A model generated the notes under the pieces. That model had not been told where the DNA came from, searched no databases, and saw only the letters and a program-made list of their open reading frames with translations. Made by a program: the position numbers and the translations under genes. From NCBI GenBank assembly GCA_963827515.1, contig CAWHBF010000024.1, positions 30,902 to 94,901 on the forward strand: 64,000 nt of DNA, in the 5' to 3' direction. Shown here one piece after another: positions 49,401-58,884 of this stretch. How positions within the stretch are numbered: position 1 is the stretch's first letter; each line of letters starts with the position of its first letter. Source of the stretch: an uncultured Acidobacteriota bacterium. Its GTDB lineage: Bacteria; Acidobacteriota; Vicinamibacteria; Vicinamibacterales; UBA2999.

Positions 49401-50128
49401 GTCGGCGCATCATGATTGGCGCGGCGTCGGTTGCGGCGTTCGTCATCGTCCTGTCCGCGCCCGCGGCGGCCCAGGCGCCCAAGCCCGCCGCGAAACCGGC
49501 GTCTCCCGCGCCGCGCCTCGCCAACGGCACGCCCGACCTCTCGGGCGTGTGGATGGGCGGCGGCGGCGTGTCCGAGCGGAATCTGAAGCCCGGCGACGCG
49601 ATCATGCTGCTACCGGAGGCGAAGAAGCTCGGGGACTCGAGGCAGTTGAAAGACGATCCCGAGGCCCACTGCCTGCCCACGGGCGTGCCGCGCATGAACC
49701 CGTACCCATGGCGGATAGTGCAGTCGATCGACATGAAGTACGTCTGGATCCTCTTCGAGGGCAACATCCACAGCTACCGGCAGATCTTCCTCGACGGCCG
49801 GCCGCATCCGAAGGACCCCGACCCCACGTGGTACGGCCATTCGACCGGCAAGTGGGAGGGGGACACGCTTGTCGTCGACACGGTCGGGTACAACGACCTG
49901 TTCTGGTTCGGCGCCAACAAGCTCCCGCACACCACACAATTGCACACGATTGAGCGGTTCACCCGGACGGATCTCAACACTCTGTCCTGGGACATCACGA
50001 TCACCGACCCGGGCTCCTACGCCAAGCCGTTCACGGTCCAGACACGGGCGAGGTTCGAGCCGACCTGGGAACTGATGGAGTACATTTGCCAGGAGAACAA
50101 CACGAACGTGGGCCACATCACGCAGTAG
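49397..50128 (+). CDS. HTEQLH-family secreted protein, copy 5
   Basis: ATGA overlap with the upstream gene; APRLANGTPDLSGVW; CLPTGVPR; NIHSYRQIFLDGRPHPKDPDPTWYGHSTGKWEGDTLVVDTVGYNDLFWF; PHTTQLHTIERFTR; MEYICQENN. Confidence 0.8.
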   Translation: MSRRIMIGAASVAAFVIVLSAPAAAQAPKPAAKPASPAPRLANGTPDLSGVWMGGGGVSERNLKPGDAIMLLPEAKKLGDSRQLKDDPEAHCLPTGVPRMNPYPWRIVQSIDMKYVWILFEGNIHSYRQIFLDGRPHPKDPDPTWYGHSTGKWEGDTLVVDTVGYNDLFWFGANKLPHTTQLHTIERFTRTDLNTLSWDITITDPGSYAKPFTVQTRARFEPTWELMEYICQENNTNVGHITQ

Positions 50129-50158
50129 CAGCCCGGTGATGGTCCAGGAGGTAGCTCG

Positions 50159-50582
50159 ATGATGAGAACATACGCAGCGATATTGGCCGCCGTTACCCTT
50201 GGTCTCACGACGCCTGCACGGCCCACCATGCGGTCGGCGGGGAATACGACCCGAACAAGCCGATCACGATGACCGGCACGGTAACGAAGATCGACTGGGT
50301 GAACCCCCACGCGCGCATCTACTTCGACGTGAAGGATTCGGCTGGCACCGTGACCAATTGGAGCGTCGAATTGGCGGCGCGAGTCGTGCTCGAGCGGATG
50401 GGATGGTCGGGCAGGTCTCTCAAGCCGGGCCAGGTCGTGACCATTATCGGGGACCAGGCCCGGTCTGGAGCGCCGATGCTGAACGCGCGCGCTCGAGAGA
50501 ACCGCCTCGCGAGGACGGGAAGACTCCGGAGGAGTACCCGATTACGTTGCAGGACGGCACGCCGGTGCTGAACAACCGATAG
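50159..50582 (+). CDS. DUF6152-like small secreted protein, copy 8 (two frameshifts)
   Basis: MMRTYAAILAAVTLGLTTPA.. then, in another frame, AHHAVGGEYDPNKPITMTGTVTKIDWVNPHARIYFDV... The C-terminal ..PEEYPITLQDGTPVLNNR is in a third frame. Confidence 0.7.
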
Positions 50583-50621
50583 TTCCGTGCGTCTGTTCGA
50601 CGCTGCCTGGGGAGACGTAAC

Positions 50622-51385
50622 GTGAGAAACCTTCTTGTCGTGTCGGTGATGACCACCGTGTGCGTGGGACTGTTGACGCAATCGGCGTCAACGCAGGATG
50701 CCCCTAGCTGACGATCTCTCAGGCCAGGCGTTTGGGTCCTCCTAAGGGGCCCGTGCCGAGGCTGCCGAGCGGCCAGCCGGACCTGAGTGACGTCGCGTGG
50801 CTTGCGAGCGGGGGCAATTTCAGGCAGCACGACGCGCTGCTGCTGCCCGCCGCGAAGGCGATCCTGGACAAGCGAGACGTCACGCAGGATCCGCACAACT
50901 TCTGCATGCCCGATGTCGTGCCGCGGACAACGCCGTTTCCCATCCGGTTCTTCTTTAATTACACGCACAAGACGCCCACGCACATGGTGATCGTGCACGA
51001 GGGCAATATCCACAGCTTCCGCCAGATCTTCATGGACGGACGCAAGCATCCGCCGGAGCTCGATCCGACCTGGTACGGGCACTCGATCGGATGGTGGGAG
51101 AAGGACACCATCGTCATCGACACGGTCGGCTTTAACGACAAGGCGTGGTTCGACGGCCGGGGCACGCCGCACACCGAGCAGCTTCACACCATCGAGCGCT
51201 GGACGCGGCTCGATCTGGGGCGGCTCGAGAACAAGGTCACGATCGACGACCCCGGGGCGTATTCCAAACCCTTCGAGGTCACCATCAACGCCACGACGAC
51301 GATCGGCGACGAAGTGATGGAGTACATCTGCCAGGACGGAAACCAGTACGGCATCAACACGCTGCCGGGCTCTCCGACCAAGTAA
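50622..51385 (+). CDS. HTEQLH-family secreted protein, copy 6 (frameshift/stop near 50700)
   Basis: GTG 50622 has the same context (gtaacGTGAGAAA) as copy 3. Signal peptide VRNLLVVSVMTTVCVGLLTQSAST, then frame change. VPRLPSGQPDLSD; CMPDVVPR; NIHSFRQIFMDGRKHPPELDPTWYGHSIGWWEKDTIVIDTVGFNDKAWFD; PHTEQLHTIERWTR; MEYICQDGNQYG. Confidence 0.75.
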
Positions 51386-51406
51386 GGCGCGGCGGTCCGC
51401 CTATTC

Positions 51407-52677
51407 GTGCGACTGCTCCTTGACTACGGAAGCGACGGTCTCGAGGTTGAGCTCCCCGATGAACGGGTGACCGTCATCGAACCGGTCTTCCGACCGGCGG
51501 TTGCCGAACCGCATGTCGCGCTGCGAGAGGCCATCCGCTCTCCTATTCAGTGCGCGCCCCTTGGCGAGCTCGTGCGTCGGGGCCAGCGGGTTGCCATTTC
51601 CGTCTGCGACGTCACCCGCGCCCAACCGCGTCGAGAGATGCTGCTGGCGCTCTTCGATGAGCTGCCTCAGGTCCGAGCGGAAGACGTCACGATCCTGATT
51701 GCCACAGGCACCCACCGGGCGAACTCGCCTGCCGAGCTCGAGCGGATGCTCGGCCGCGACATTCTCGACCGCTACCGCGTGATCAACCACGATGCCCGCG
51801 ATGCGGCGTCGCTGGCCTATGTGGGACGGACGGCCACCGGTGTCGCCGTGCATCTGAACCGCGAGTTTCTGAACGCCGACATTCGGATCACCACCGGTTT
51901 CGTCGAGCCGCATTTCTTCGCCGGGTTCAGCGGGGGGCCCAAGATGGTGGCGCCCGGACTTGCGGGTCTCGAGACGGTCATGACGCTGCACGATGCGAAG
52001 CGCATCGGTCATCCGAGCGCCACCTGGGGCATCACCGAGGGCAACCCGATCCACGATGACGTGCGTGAGATTGCGCGAATGGTCGGCGTGCATTTCGCGA
52101 TCGACGTGACACTCAATCGTGAGCAGCAGATCACAGCCGTGTTCGCGGGCGAGCTGATGGCCGAGCACCGGGCTGCGTGTGCCTACGCCAAAGAGAAGGC
52201 GATGCGGGAAGTCCCCGCGCCGTTCGACGTCGTCCTGACGAGCAACGCCGGCTACCCGCTGGATCAGAATCTCTATCAGGCGGTCAAAGGCATGTCGGCG
52301 GCGGCGCAGATCGTCAAGCCCAAGGGGACGATCATCTGCGCGGCCGAGTGTCGGGACGGCCTGCCGACACATGGATCGTACGGCGCTGTCCTCGCGTCGG
52401 CCCGACGCCGACCGCGCTGCTCGCCATGATCAATGCAGAGGGGTATGCGATGCCGGATCAATGGCAAGTGCAAATTCAGGCACAGATCCTGCGGCACGCG
52501 GATGTGCTCATGAAAGCCTCGGGTCTGCTCTTCGATGAGCTGCGCGCTGCGCACCTCATGCCGATCGACGACGTGTCTGGCACCGTTCGGGACGCGCTGC
52601 GACGGTATGGCCCCGCGGCTACGCTATGCGTATTACCGCAGGGGCCTCAGACCATTCCGTACGTTCGGTCTTCCTGA
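51407..52677 (+). CDS. LarA-like (DUF2088, lactate-racemase family) protein (one frameshift near 52395)
   Basis: ..RVAISVCDVTRAQP..ILIATGTHR..VEPHFFAGFSGGPKMVAPGLAG..NPIHDD..; the C-terminal part continues in the frame of ORF 52177..52677. Confidence 0.75.
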
Positions 52678-52697
52678 TACCGTCGCGTGCGCTCGAC

Positions 52698-52847
52698 GAC
52701 CGCGTTTTGTTCGGCGTAGAGCGGAGGCTTCCGCCTTCGCGTAAAGCTTCGGCGGACCGCCGAAGCCTTGGCGGAGGCGGTTAGCTCCGCGGACTCGCGC
52801 ACGCTAAAGCGTGCGCTCTACGGACGGCGAAACGCACATCGCTCTAG
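52698..52847. repeat. REP/MITE-like nested-palindrome element, copy C (long form)
   Basis: Near-identical to copy B, including the internal ttccgccttcgcgtaaagcttcggcggaccgccgaagccttggcggaggcggtt block. The right-hand CTAG supplies the stop codon of the minus-strand gene 52844..53467. Confidence 0.8.
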
Positions 52848-53467
52848 GACACTCCGAGGTTGGCAACTTGAACTTCGAGGCGGTGGTTGATGCGGAAGCC
52901 GTAGGCGCCATCCGGCTTGGCTGTCAGCCCGGTTCTCGGCGTGGTGTGAACGGTCGTCCCGTTCACGCTGTACGCGATCAAGTCCGGCCTCACGCGCACC
53001 TCGAGCTCGTTGGTCGATTGGCCGTTGGCAGTCGGTCGACGGACGGCGGGACTGGCCTCACTGGCCTTCACGTCTTCAGTCGCGTTGCCGTTGCGGCGCT
53101 TGATGAGAAAGGTCCCGTCCTGCGCGACCATGAAATAGAGGTAGGTCTGCTGCGGACCTTCGAGGTCGCTGCCCCCGAACACGAGACCGTAGTAGTTCGT
53201 GTGGTCGCTCGGCTTCATGAGGGTGAACTGCCCCTTGAGCGTGTAGGTGCCGGAGGCGTTGGTCCCTGGCTTCCAGAAGACGGCCGCCTGGGGATTGATT
53301 GCGTGGAATCCGGCGCCCATGGCCATGAACTTGATGTCGCCCGCCCCATCGGGGTCAGACGCGCTGGTGCTGCGATCGGCTCGGATCTTCCAACCGGCGG
53401 TGCCTTGTGCGTCGAGCGTGACGATCGCGAGGAGAACAGTCAGGACGACGGCTACGAAGCGACCCAT
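52844..53467 (-). CDS. secreted hypothetical protein (beta-rich)
   Basis: 207 aa; signal peptide MGRFVAVVLTVLLAIVTLDAQG; ..YYGLVFGGSDLEGPQQTYLYFMVAQDGTFLIKRR..; no family assigned with confidence. Confidence 0.6.
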   Translation of the reverse strand: MGRFVAVVLTVLLAIVTLDAQGTAGWKIRADRSTSASDPDGAGDIKFMAMGAGFHAINPQAAVFWKPGTNASGTYTLKGQFTLMKPSDHTNYYGLVFGGSDLEGPQQTYLYFMVAQDGTFLIKRRNGNATEDVKASEASPAVRRPTANGQSTNELEVRVRPDLIAYSVNGTTVHTTPRTGLTAKPDGAYGFRINHRLEVQVANLGVS

Positions 53468-53550
53468 GATTCATGCCTCCTTTATGACTCCGTGGAGCGG
53501 AATCGTTGTTTGGACGTCGCGTGGCCCCTATTGGTCTGAGCGTCGGGTGA

Positions 53551-54579
53551 CTACGCGAGCGTCGTTCCAGCGGCCGTCTCGAGCAGGGACCAGGCCTTCG
53601 CGCCGAGTCGGCCCTTCCAGGTCTTGTAAAAACCCGACAACTGCCCGCGGAAGGGTGCTTGATCCACGTCGTTGAAGATGAGGCCGCGCTTCGTCAGCTC
53701 GGCGCGGAGCCGTCCGTTGGCGGCCTCCTGATCGGCGCGTTGCAGGCGAACCGCCCGCGTGACGTTCCGATCGATGGTCTGTCGGATGTCGGCTGGGAGC
53801 CGCTGCCATGTGGGCAGATGCGCCATCTGGTTGAAGCCCGACCACATGTGGTTGGTCATGCTGACGTACTTCACGACCTCATAGAGCTTGAACCCGTCGA
53901 CGAGCGCGAGCGGATTCTCCTGCGCGTCGGCCTTTCCTGACTTGAGCCCCGCATAGATGTCGATGCTGTTGATCGTGACCGGCTCGCAGCCGAGCGTCCG
54001 GAACATGTCGTCGAACATCGCGCCTGCGGGCACGCGCATACGCATCCCTTTCAGGTCCGCCGGCACGACAATCGGTTTCGAGACGGGCGTGATCTGCCGC
54101 ATCCCGTTGTCAAATGCGCCGACGGGGAACCCGTGGATGCCCTTGGCCGCCATCTCCTCCAGGATGTAGGCGCCGAGTGCGCCGTCCACGGCCTGGTGCG
54201 CGTGCGGCGCCGTGCGGAAGGCAAACGGCACCTGCTGGATTTCGGCTACGGGCACGGCAGCGCCGAGGACGCCGCCCATGAGCGTGAAAAACTGGATCTC
54301 ACCGGAGACCAGCATCTTGAGCGCCGTGGGGTCGCTCCCGGTGACGTTGTTGTTGAGCGGGAAGACCTGCGTGTCCACGCGACCGCCGGTCTCGGTTCGA
54401 ACGGTCGACCACATCTCCGACAGCCGCTTGTGGAGGGAACTGTCCGCCGTCTGATTGTGGTACTGCGTGAAAGCAAACTCCGCGCGGCCTTGTGCGGCGG
54501 CGCCGGTTCGAATGAACAACGACGCCGAACCGGCCGCTGCACCAGCGAGGAAAGAACGTCGCGTGACTGTTTTTCGCAT
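53551..54579 (-). CDS. TRAP transporter substrate-binding protein (DctP family) with Tat-type signal
   Basis: MRKTVTRRSFLAGAAAGSASLF..; ..TALKMLVSGEIQFFTLMGG..; ..ADLKGMRMRVP..; 342 aa. No DctQ/DctM genes are adjacent. Confidence 0.8.
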   Translation of the reverse strand: MRKTVTRRSFLAGAAAGSASLFIRTGAAAQGRAEFAFTQYHNQTADSSLHKRLSEMWSTVRTETGGRVDTQVFPLNNNVTGSDPTALKMLVSGEIQFFTLMGGVLGAAVPVAEIQQVPFAFRTAPHAHQAVDGALGAYILEEMAAKGIHGFPVGAFDNGMRQITPVSKPIVVPADLKGMRMRVPAGAMFDDMFRTLGCEPVTINSIDIYAGLKSGKADAQENPLALVDGFKLYEVVKYVSMTNHMWSGFNQMAHLPTWQRLPADIRQTIDRNVTRAVRLQRADQEAANGRLRAELTKRGLIFNDVDQAPFRGQLSGFYKTWKGRLGAKAWSLLETAAGTTLA

Positions 54580-54623
54580 GACTATTCCCGACCAGGTACC
54601 ACATTGACGGACTGACGCGCAGG

Positions 54624-54740
54624 CTAGACCGTTTTTCGATTCGGCGTAGAGCGGAGGCTTTAGCCTCCGCGGACAACGCGCACGCTGAAGCGTGCGCTCT
54701 ACGTCGAAAACGCAAACCGCTCTAAAGCCTGCGCTCTACG
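54624..54740. repeat. REP/MITE-like nested-palindrome element, copy D (short form)
   Basis: ctagaccgtttttcgattcggcgtagagcggaggctttagcctccgcggacaacgcgcacgctgaagcgtgcgctctacg..; lacks the roughly 45-bp internal block of copies B and C. Confidence 0.8.
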
Positions 54741-54744
54741 CTGG

Positions 54745-54872
54745 GACTAGCCGACTAGCCAGCTAGCCCGTAGCCAGTAGCTCGTAGCCACTGGCAAGAA
54801 CTGCTCAACGCTACCAGCTACCAACTACCAGCTACCAGCTACCGACTATCGGCTACCAGCTACCGGCTACTC
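54745..54872. repeat. inverted pair of heptanucleotide arrays (GCTACCA type)
   Basis: Right arm 54810-54872 in register: gctacca gctacca actacca gctacca gctaccg actatcg gctacca gctaccg gctactc. Left arm 54745-54796 carries the complementary words (..ccgtagc cagtagc tcgtagc..). Confidence 0.8.
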
Positions 54873-54875
54873 AAC

Positions 54876-56181
54876 CTACTTCCACGCCGCGTAGAGCGGC
54901 GCTCCTACGAGGTATGCCGGGTTCGCGCCTTTGCGGGGCGTAAACTTCTGCACGCGCCCGCCGCCCACTTCCACGGTGTAGAGATTGCCCTGCTGGTCGG
55001 TGCTGGCGCCGTGCATGTTCAGGAAGGAGCCGGGGAAGTCGCCCAGCACGCCCCACGAATACAGCAGCCGCCCGTTGAAGTCCCACTTGGCGATCTTGGC
55101 CGTCGTGTCGGTGAAGCCCCAGACCCCGGAGCGATCCGCAGGGATGATCAGGAACTGCAGGTTCGTCTGTGCGCCCACGGGCCACCAATCGACGACCTTG
55201 CCGCTATCACCGTCGAGCACCTGGATCCGCCGGTTCGAGCGGTCGCTCACGTAGACACGCCGGGTAACCGGGTCCGCCGCGATCCCATGCACGGTGTTGA
55301 AATAGCCCGGACGGATTTCCCTGCCACCGGGCATGCCGAGTTCTCCGGACGTCCACAGGAACTTGCCGTCCTTGTCGAATTTCGCGACGCGATTACCGTT
55401 GTAGCCGTCGGCCACGAAGAAGCTGCTGTCCGGCAGGAACGCCATGAAGGTCGGCCGGTTGAAATGCGAAGCATCCTGACCCTTCTGATTGGGCGTGCCG
55501 ATGGTCTGCACGATCTGCTTGCCGTCGTTCGTCATCTTGAAGATGGCGTGGCTGTGGTCGTCCACAATCCAGACGTGCTTTTGCGCGTCCCACGGGTTGA
55601 CGTAGACGGCGTGCGGCCGCCGCATCATCTTGTCCCACTGCGTCCACCCTTCGACGATGTCGCCGGCGGCGTTGAGTACCGACGATCGTGTGCTCCCAGC
55701 GGGCGTCGACGCCCATCCGTCCCCCCCATTGCTGCTTGGGATCGTCAGGGTCGGCGCCGGGCCCGCCGGCTCCTGGGGGGCTCGACGCAGGGCCTTGCGA
55801 GGCGTTTCGGAACGGGACCTGGCCCACCGGAAACGACAGGCTGGGGCCTATGTCTTGAACGGCACGGGCGGCAGGACGCTGCAGCAGCGGCAGCTCACCG
55901 CGCTGCACGACGTAGACGCGATTCGGGCTCTCGGCGAAGACACCCTGGACCGACCCCCAGCTCCAGCCGTCGTGACCTGGAAGCGCAGTCATCGGCTTCG
56001 GCCAGTCGGCGACCACGTCGTACGGGCCCGTGATGTCGAGGCCGCCTTTTTCGCCTGGCACCGCGGCGAAGGCCGGATTGGCCGGCGCCTGTCCCTGGAC
56101 GCTGGCCGGGTTTCCCGCGACGAGCCAGCCCACCGCGACGGCAGCGGTGACGCCGGTGAATAGAGCTGTTCTTGTCAGCAT
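54876..56181 (-). CDS. NHL-repeat beta-propeller protein (peptidyl-alpha-hydroxyglycine-lyase-like), one frameshift near 55650
   Basis: Signal peptide MLTRTALFTGVTAAVAVGWLVAG..; C-terminal frame ..FNRPTFMAFLPDSSFFVADGYNGNRVAKFDKDGKFL..VHGIAADPVTRRVYVSDRSNRRIQVLD..GNLYTVEVGGGRVQKF.. Confidence 0.7.
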
Positions 56182-56329
56182 CGGTGTCCTCTCGGTGATT
56201 CGTGTCGTGAGCGTTCTGGTGGGTTGAGGCCTGGGCCTCCGGTTCCGGAGTCTAGCCCTCGACCGACGGAACGTCAACGGCTAGACTTACAGAGAGACAC
56301 GGTCAGTTCAGGGATTCTGAGAGGAAGAC

Positions 56330-58471
56330 ATGCGCCGATATCTGCTCGCTTCGCTGATGGCGCTCGCTGGCGCCGGTGTGGTCGCGGCGCGTCAGACGCC
56401 CGCCACCCCTGCCGATCCGGGTCAGCAACCAGCGGTCACGTTCAGGACCGAGACGAATTTCGTCGAGGTTCATGCGATCGTGACCGACCAGAAGGGCGCC
56501 TTCGTCAAGGATCTGACTCGCGACGACTTCGAGATTTACGAAGACGGCCGGCTACAGGCGCCGACGGTGTTTTCCCTCGTGGACGTGCCCGTCGAGCGTC
56601 CGTTCGTGCCTGCGAATGCCAGCGAGCCGATTGAGCCGGACGTTCGCGCCACCACACGCACCTTCGACGGCCGCGTGTACATCATCCTGCTCGACGACCT
56701 TCACACCAACGTCACGCGTACCAACAACGTGCGCGACGTGGCCAAGCAGTTCGTCGATGAATACCTCGGGACGAACGATCTGGCGGCCGTGGTCTATACC
56801 AGCGGTCGCCAGGAGTCCGGGCAGGAGCTGACCGTCAACCGTCGGCTCCTGAAGGCGGCGATCGACAAGTTCCAGGGCCAGAAGCTGCCGTCGGCTGGCG
56901 CCGAGAAGCTCGCCGTCCACCTGCGGGACGTAGGCAACCAGACCGCCACGTCGGAAGAATCGCAGGAGATTCGCACGAGCGAGGGGCTGCAGCAGGCGCG
57001 GTCGATTCAGGATCCGTACGACACGCAGCGGGCGTTCAATGCCCGCCGGTCGTTGGAGGCCATCGAGAACATCTCCAGGTGGCTCGGCGATGTCCAGGGT
57101 CGGCGCAAGGCGTTGCTCTTCTTCAGCGAAGGCTTCGACTACGACGTCTATCAGCCCTTCGACATCGGGCGCGAGGGTTCGTCGATCATCACCGACGCGA
57201 GGGAAGCGGCGGCGGCCGCGCAGCGGGCCAACGTCAACGTGTACGGCATCGATCCTCGCGGCATGAACCAGTTCAGCGGGATGATCGAGATCAACGCACG
57301 GTCCGACTATCCACAGCTCGAGTACGGCACGTTCCGGGGCCAGCTACGGGAACTGCTGCTGGCGCAGGAGAGCCTGATTTCGCTCTCGGAAGAGACCGGC
57401 GGCTTGCCCATCGTGAACTCCGGTGATCTCGCGGGGGGCCTGGGGCGAATCGTGCTCGACAACAGTCGGTACTTCCTGCTCGGGTACTACAGTGATGCCG
57501 CGAGATGGTCGCGCAACAAGTTCCTGAAGATCGAGGTTCGTGTGAAACGCCCTGGTCTGCAGGTGCGATCGCGGAAGGGGTTCCTGCCGCCGGATACGAG
57601 GGCAATCGAGCGCGCGCGCGACGCGGACGCGAAGGCGGGTACCACGCCGGCTCTGCGTGCGGCTCTCGGCAAGGCGGTACCGGTCGGCGACTTGCCTCTG
57701 CGCGTATTCGCAGCGCCGATGCGAGGAGTCGACAACAAGGGCTCTGTCCTTGTGGCGCTGGAGATCGATGGTCCGTCGCTGAAGTTCGAGCCGCGCGACG
57801 GCCGGTTCGCGGAGTCGATTGAGGTCTCGATCGTGGCGGCGGACGAGCGGGCTCGAGTGCAGGGCGGCGATCGTCAGAACTTCAACCTGAACCTGGTGCC
57901 GGAGACGCACGAGCGCGTCAGCCGCACGGGCGTTCGCATGTTGACGCAGCTCGAACTTCCGCCAGGCCGGTATCAGATACGGGTGGGCGCGCACGAGTCC
58001 ACCGGCCGTGCCATCGGGACCGTGCCGTACGACCTGGAGGTTCCTGACTACAGCAAGACGCCCTTTGCCCTGAGCGGGGTGCTGCTCACCTCGTCGGCGG
58101 CAGGGTCGTTCGCGACCGCCAATCAGGAGTCAGACTGGAACGGGCTGCTTCCGACGCCACCGGTCGTGACGCGGACGTTCGCGGCGGCGGACACGCTGAC
58201 CTGGTTCGCCGAGGTGTACGACAACTCCAGTCGATCGGCTCACACGATCAACTACATCTCGACCGTGCTGGACGCCAAGGACGGACGCATGCTCATGGAG
58301 GCGCGCGACACTAGGACCGTGGGAGCCGACAGCAAGGGGCTCGCCCAAGGCTTCACGACCAGCCTGCCGCTCAGGGACTTCACCCCAGGCACCTACATAC
58401 TCCGCGTCGAGGCATCGCCCACCATGGGTAACCACTCGGCTCGCCGGGATATCTTGTTCGAGGTGAGGTAG
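56330..58471 (+). CDS. VWA domain protein (VWFA-related acidobacterial type)
   Basis: 713 aa; ..VTFRTETNFVEVHAIVTDQKGAFVKDLTRDDFEIYEDGRLQ..; ..RVYIILLDDLHT..; ..ALLFFSEGFDYD..; ..VNVYGIDPRG... Confidence 0.8.
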   Translation: MRRYLLASLMALAGAGVVAARQTPATPADPGQQPAVTFRTETNFVEVHAIVTDQKGAFVKDLTRDDFEIYEDGRLQAPTVFSLVDVPVERPFVPANASEPIEPDVRATTRTFDGRVYIILLDDLHTNVTRTNNVRDVAKQFVDEYLGTNDLAAVVYTSGRQESGQELTVNRRLLKAAIDKFQGQKLPSAGAEKLAVHLRDVGNQTATSEESQEIRTSEGLQQARSIQDPYDTQRAFNARRSLEAIENISRWLGDVQGRRKALLFFSEGFDYDVYQPFDIGREGSSIITDAREAAAAAQRANVNVYGIDPRGMNQFSGMIEINARSDYPQLEYGTFRGQLRELLLAQESLISLSEETGGLPIVNSGDLAGGLGRIVLDNSRYFLLGYYSDAARWSRNKFLKIEVRVKRPGLQVRSRKGFLPPDTRAIERARDADAKAGTTPALRAALGKAVPVGDLPLRVFAAPMRGVDNKGSVLVALEIDGPSLKFEPRDGRFAESIEVSIVAADERARVQGGDRQNFNLNLVPETHERVSRTGVRMLTQLELPPGRYQIRVGAHESTGRAIGTVPYDLEVPDYSKTPFALSGVLLTSSAAGSFATANQESDWNGLLPTPPVVTRTFAAADTLTWFAEVYDNSSRSAHTINYISTVLDAKDGRMLMEARDTRTVGADSKGLAQGFTTSLPLRDFTPGTYILRVEASPTMGNHSARRDILFEVR

Positions 58472-58477
58472 TTCGCC

Positions 58478-58780
58478 ATGTCCGCCTACTGGGTTGCCCG
58501 CGCTCGAATCGACGATCCCGTCCGGTACAAGAAGTACACGGACCAGGTTCCGGCCATCATCAAGAAGCACGGTGGCACCGTGCTCGCGCGCGGCGGTCGT
58601 TATCAGATCATGGAGGGACCGGAGGCCTTTCACCGGTTCGTCGTGATCGAGTTCCCGACCCTCGAGCAAGGTGTCGCGTGCTTTCAGTCCCCCGAATATC
58701 AGGAGGCCGCCAGCTTCCGTCGGGATGGTGGTGGGATTGTCGAGAACGTGATTGTCGACGGTGGGGACGCGACGAAGTGA
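58478..58780 (+). CDS. DUF1330 domain protein
   Basis: 100 aa: MSAYWVARARIDDPVRYKKYTDQVPAIIKKHGGTVLARGGRYQIMEGPEAFHRFVVIEFPTLEQGVACFQSPEYQEA.. Confidence 0.8.
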   Translation: MSAYWVARARIDDPVRYKKYTDQVPAIIKKHGGTVLARGGRYQIMEGPEAFHRFVVIEFPTLEQGVACFQSPEYQEAASFRRDGGGIVENVIVDGGDATK

Positions 58781-58788
58781 TCCGCGTC

Positions 58789-58872
58789 GTCTTTGGTCTT
58801 TAGTCTCTGGTCTTTGGAATGAACCAGAGACCAGAGACCACTAAAGACTAGAGACCAAAGACTAGAGACTCG
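58789..58872. repeat. palindromic heptanucleotide array between convergent genes
   Basis: gtctttg gtcttta gtctctg gtctttg gaatgaa ccagaga ccagaga ccactaa agactag agaccaa agactag agactcg. The left and right halves are roughly reverse-complementary. Confidence 0.8.
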
Positions 58873-58884
58873 TATCCGTCGCCG

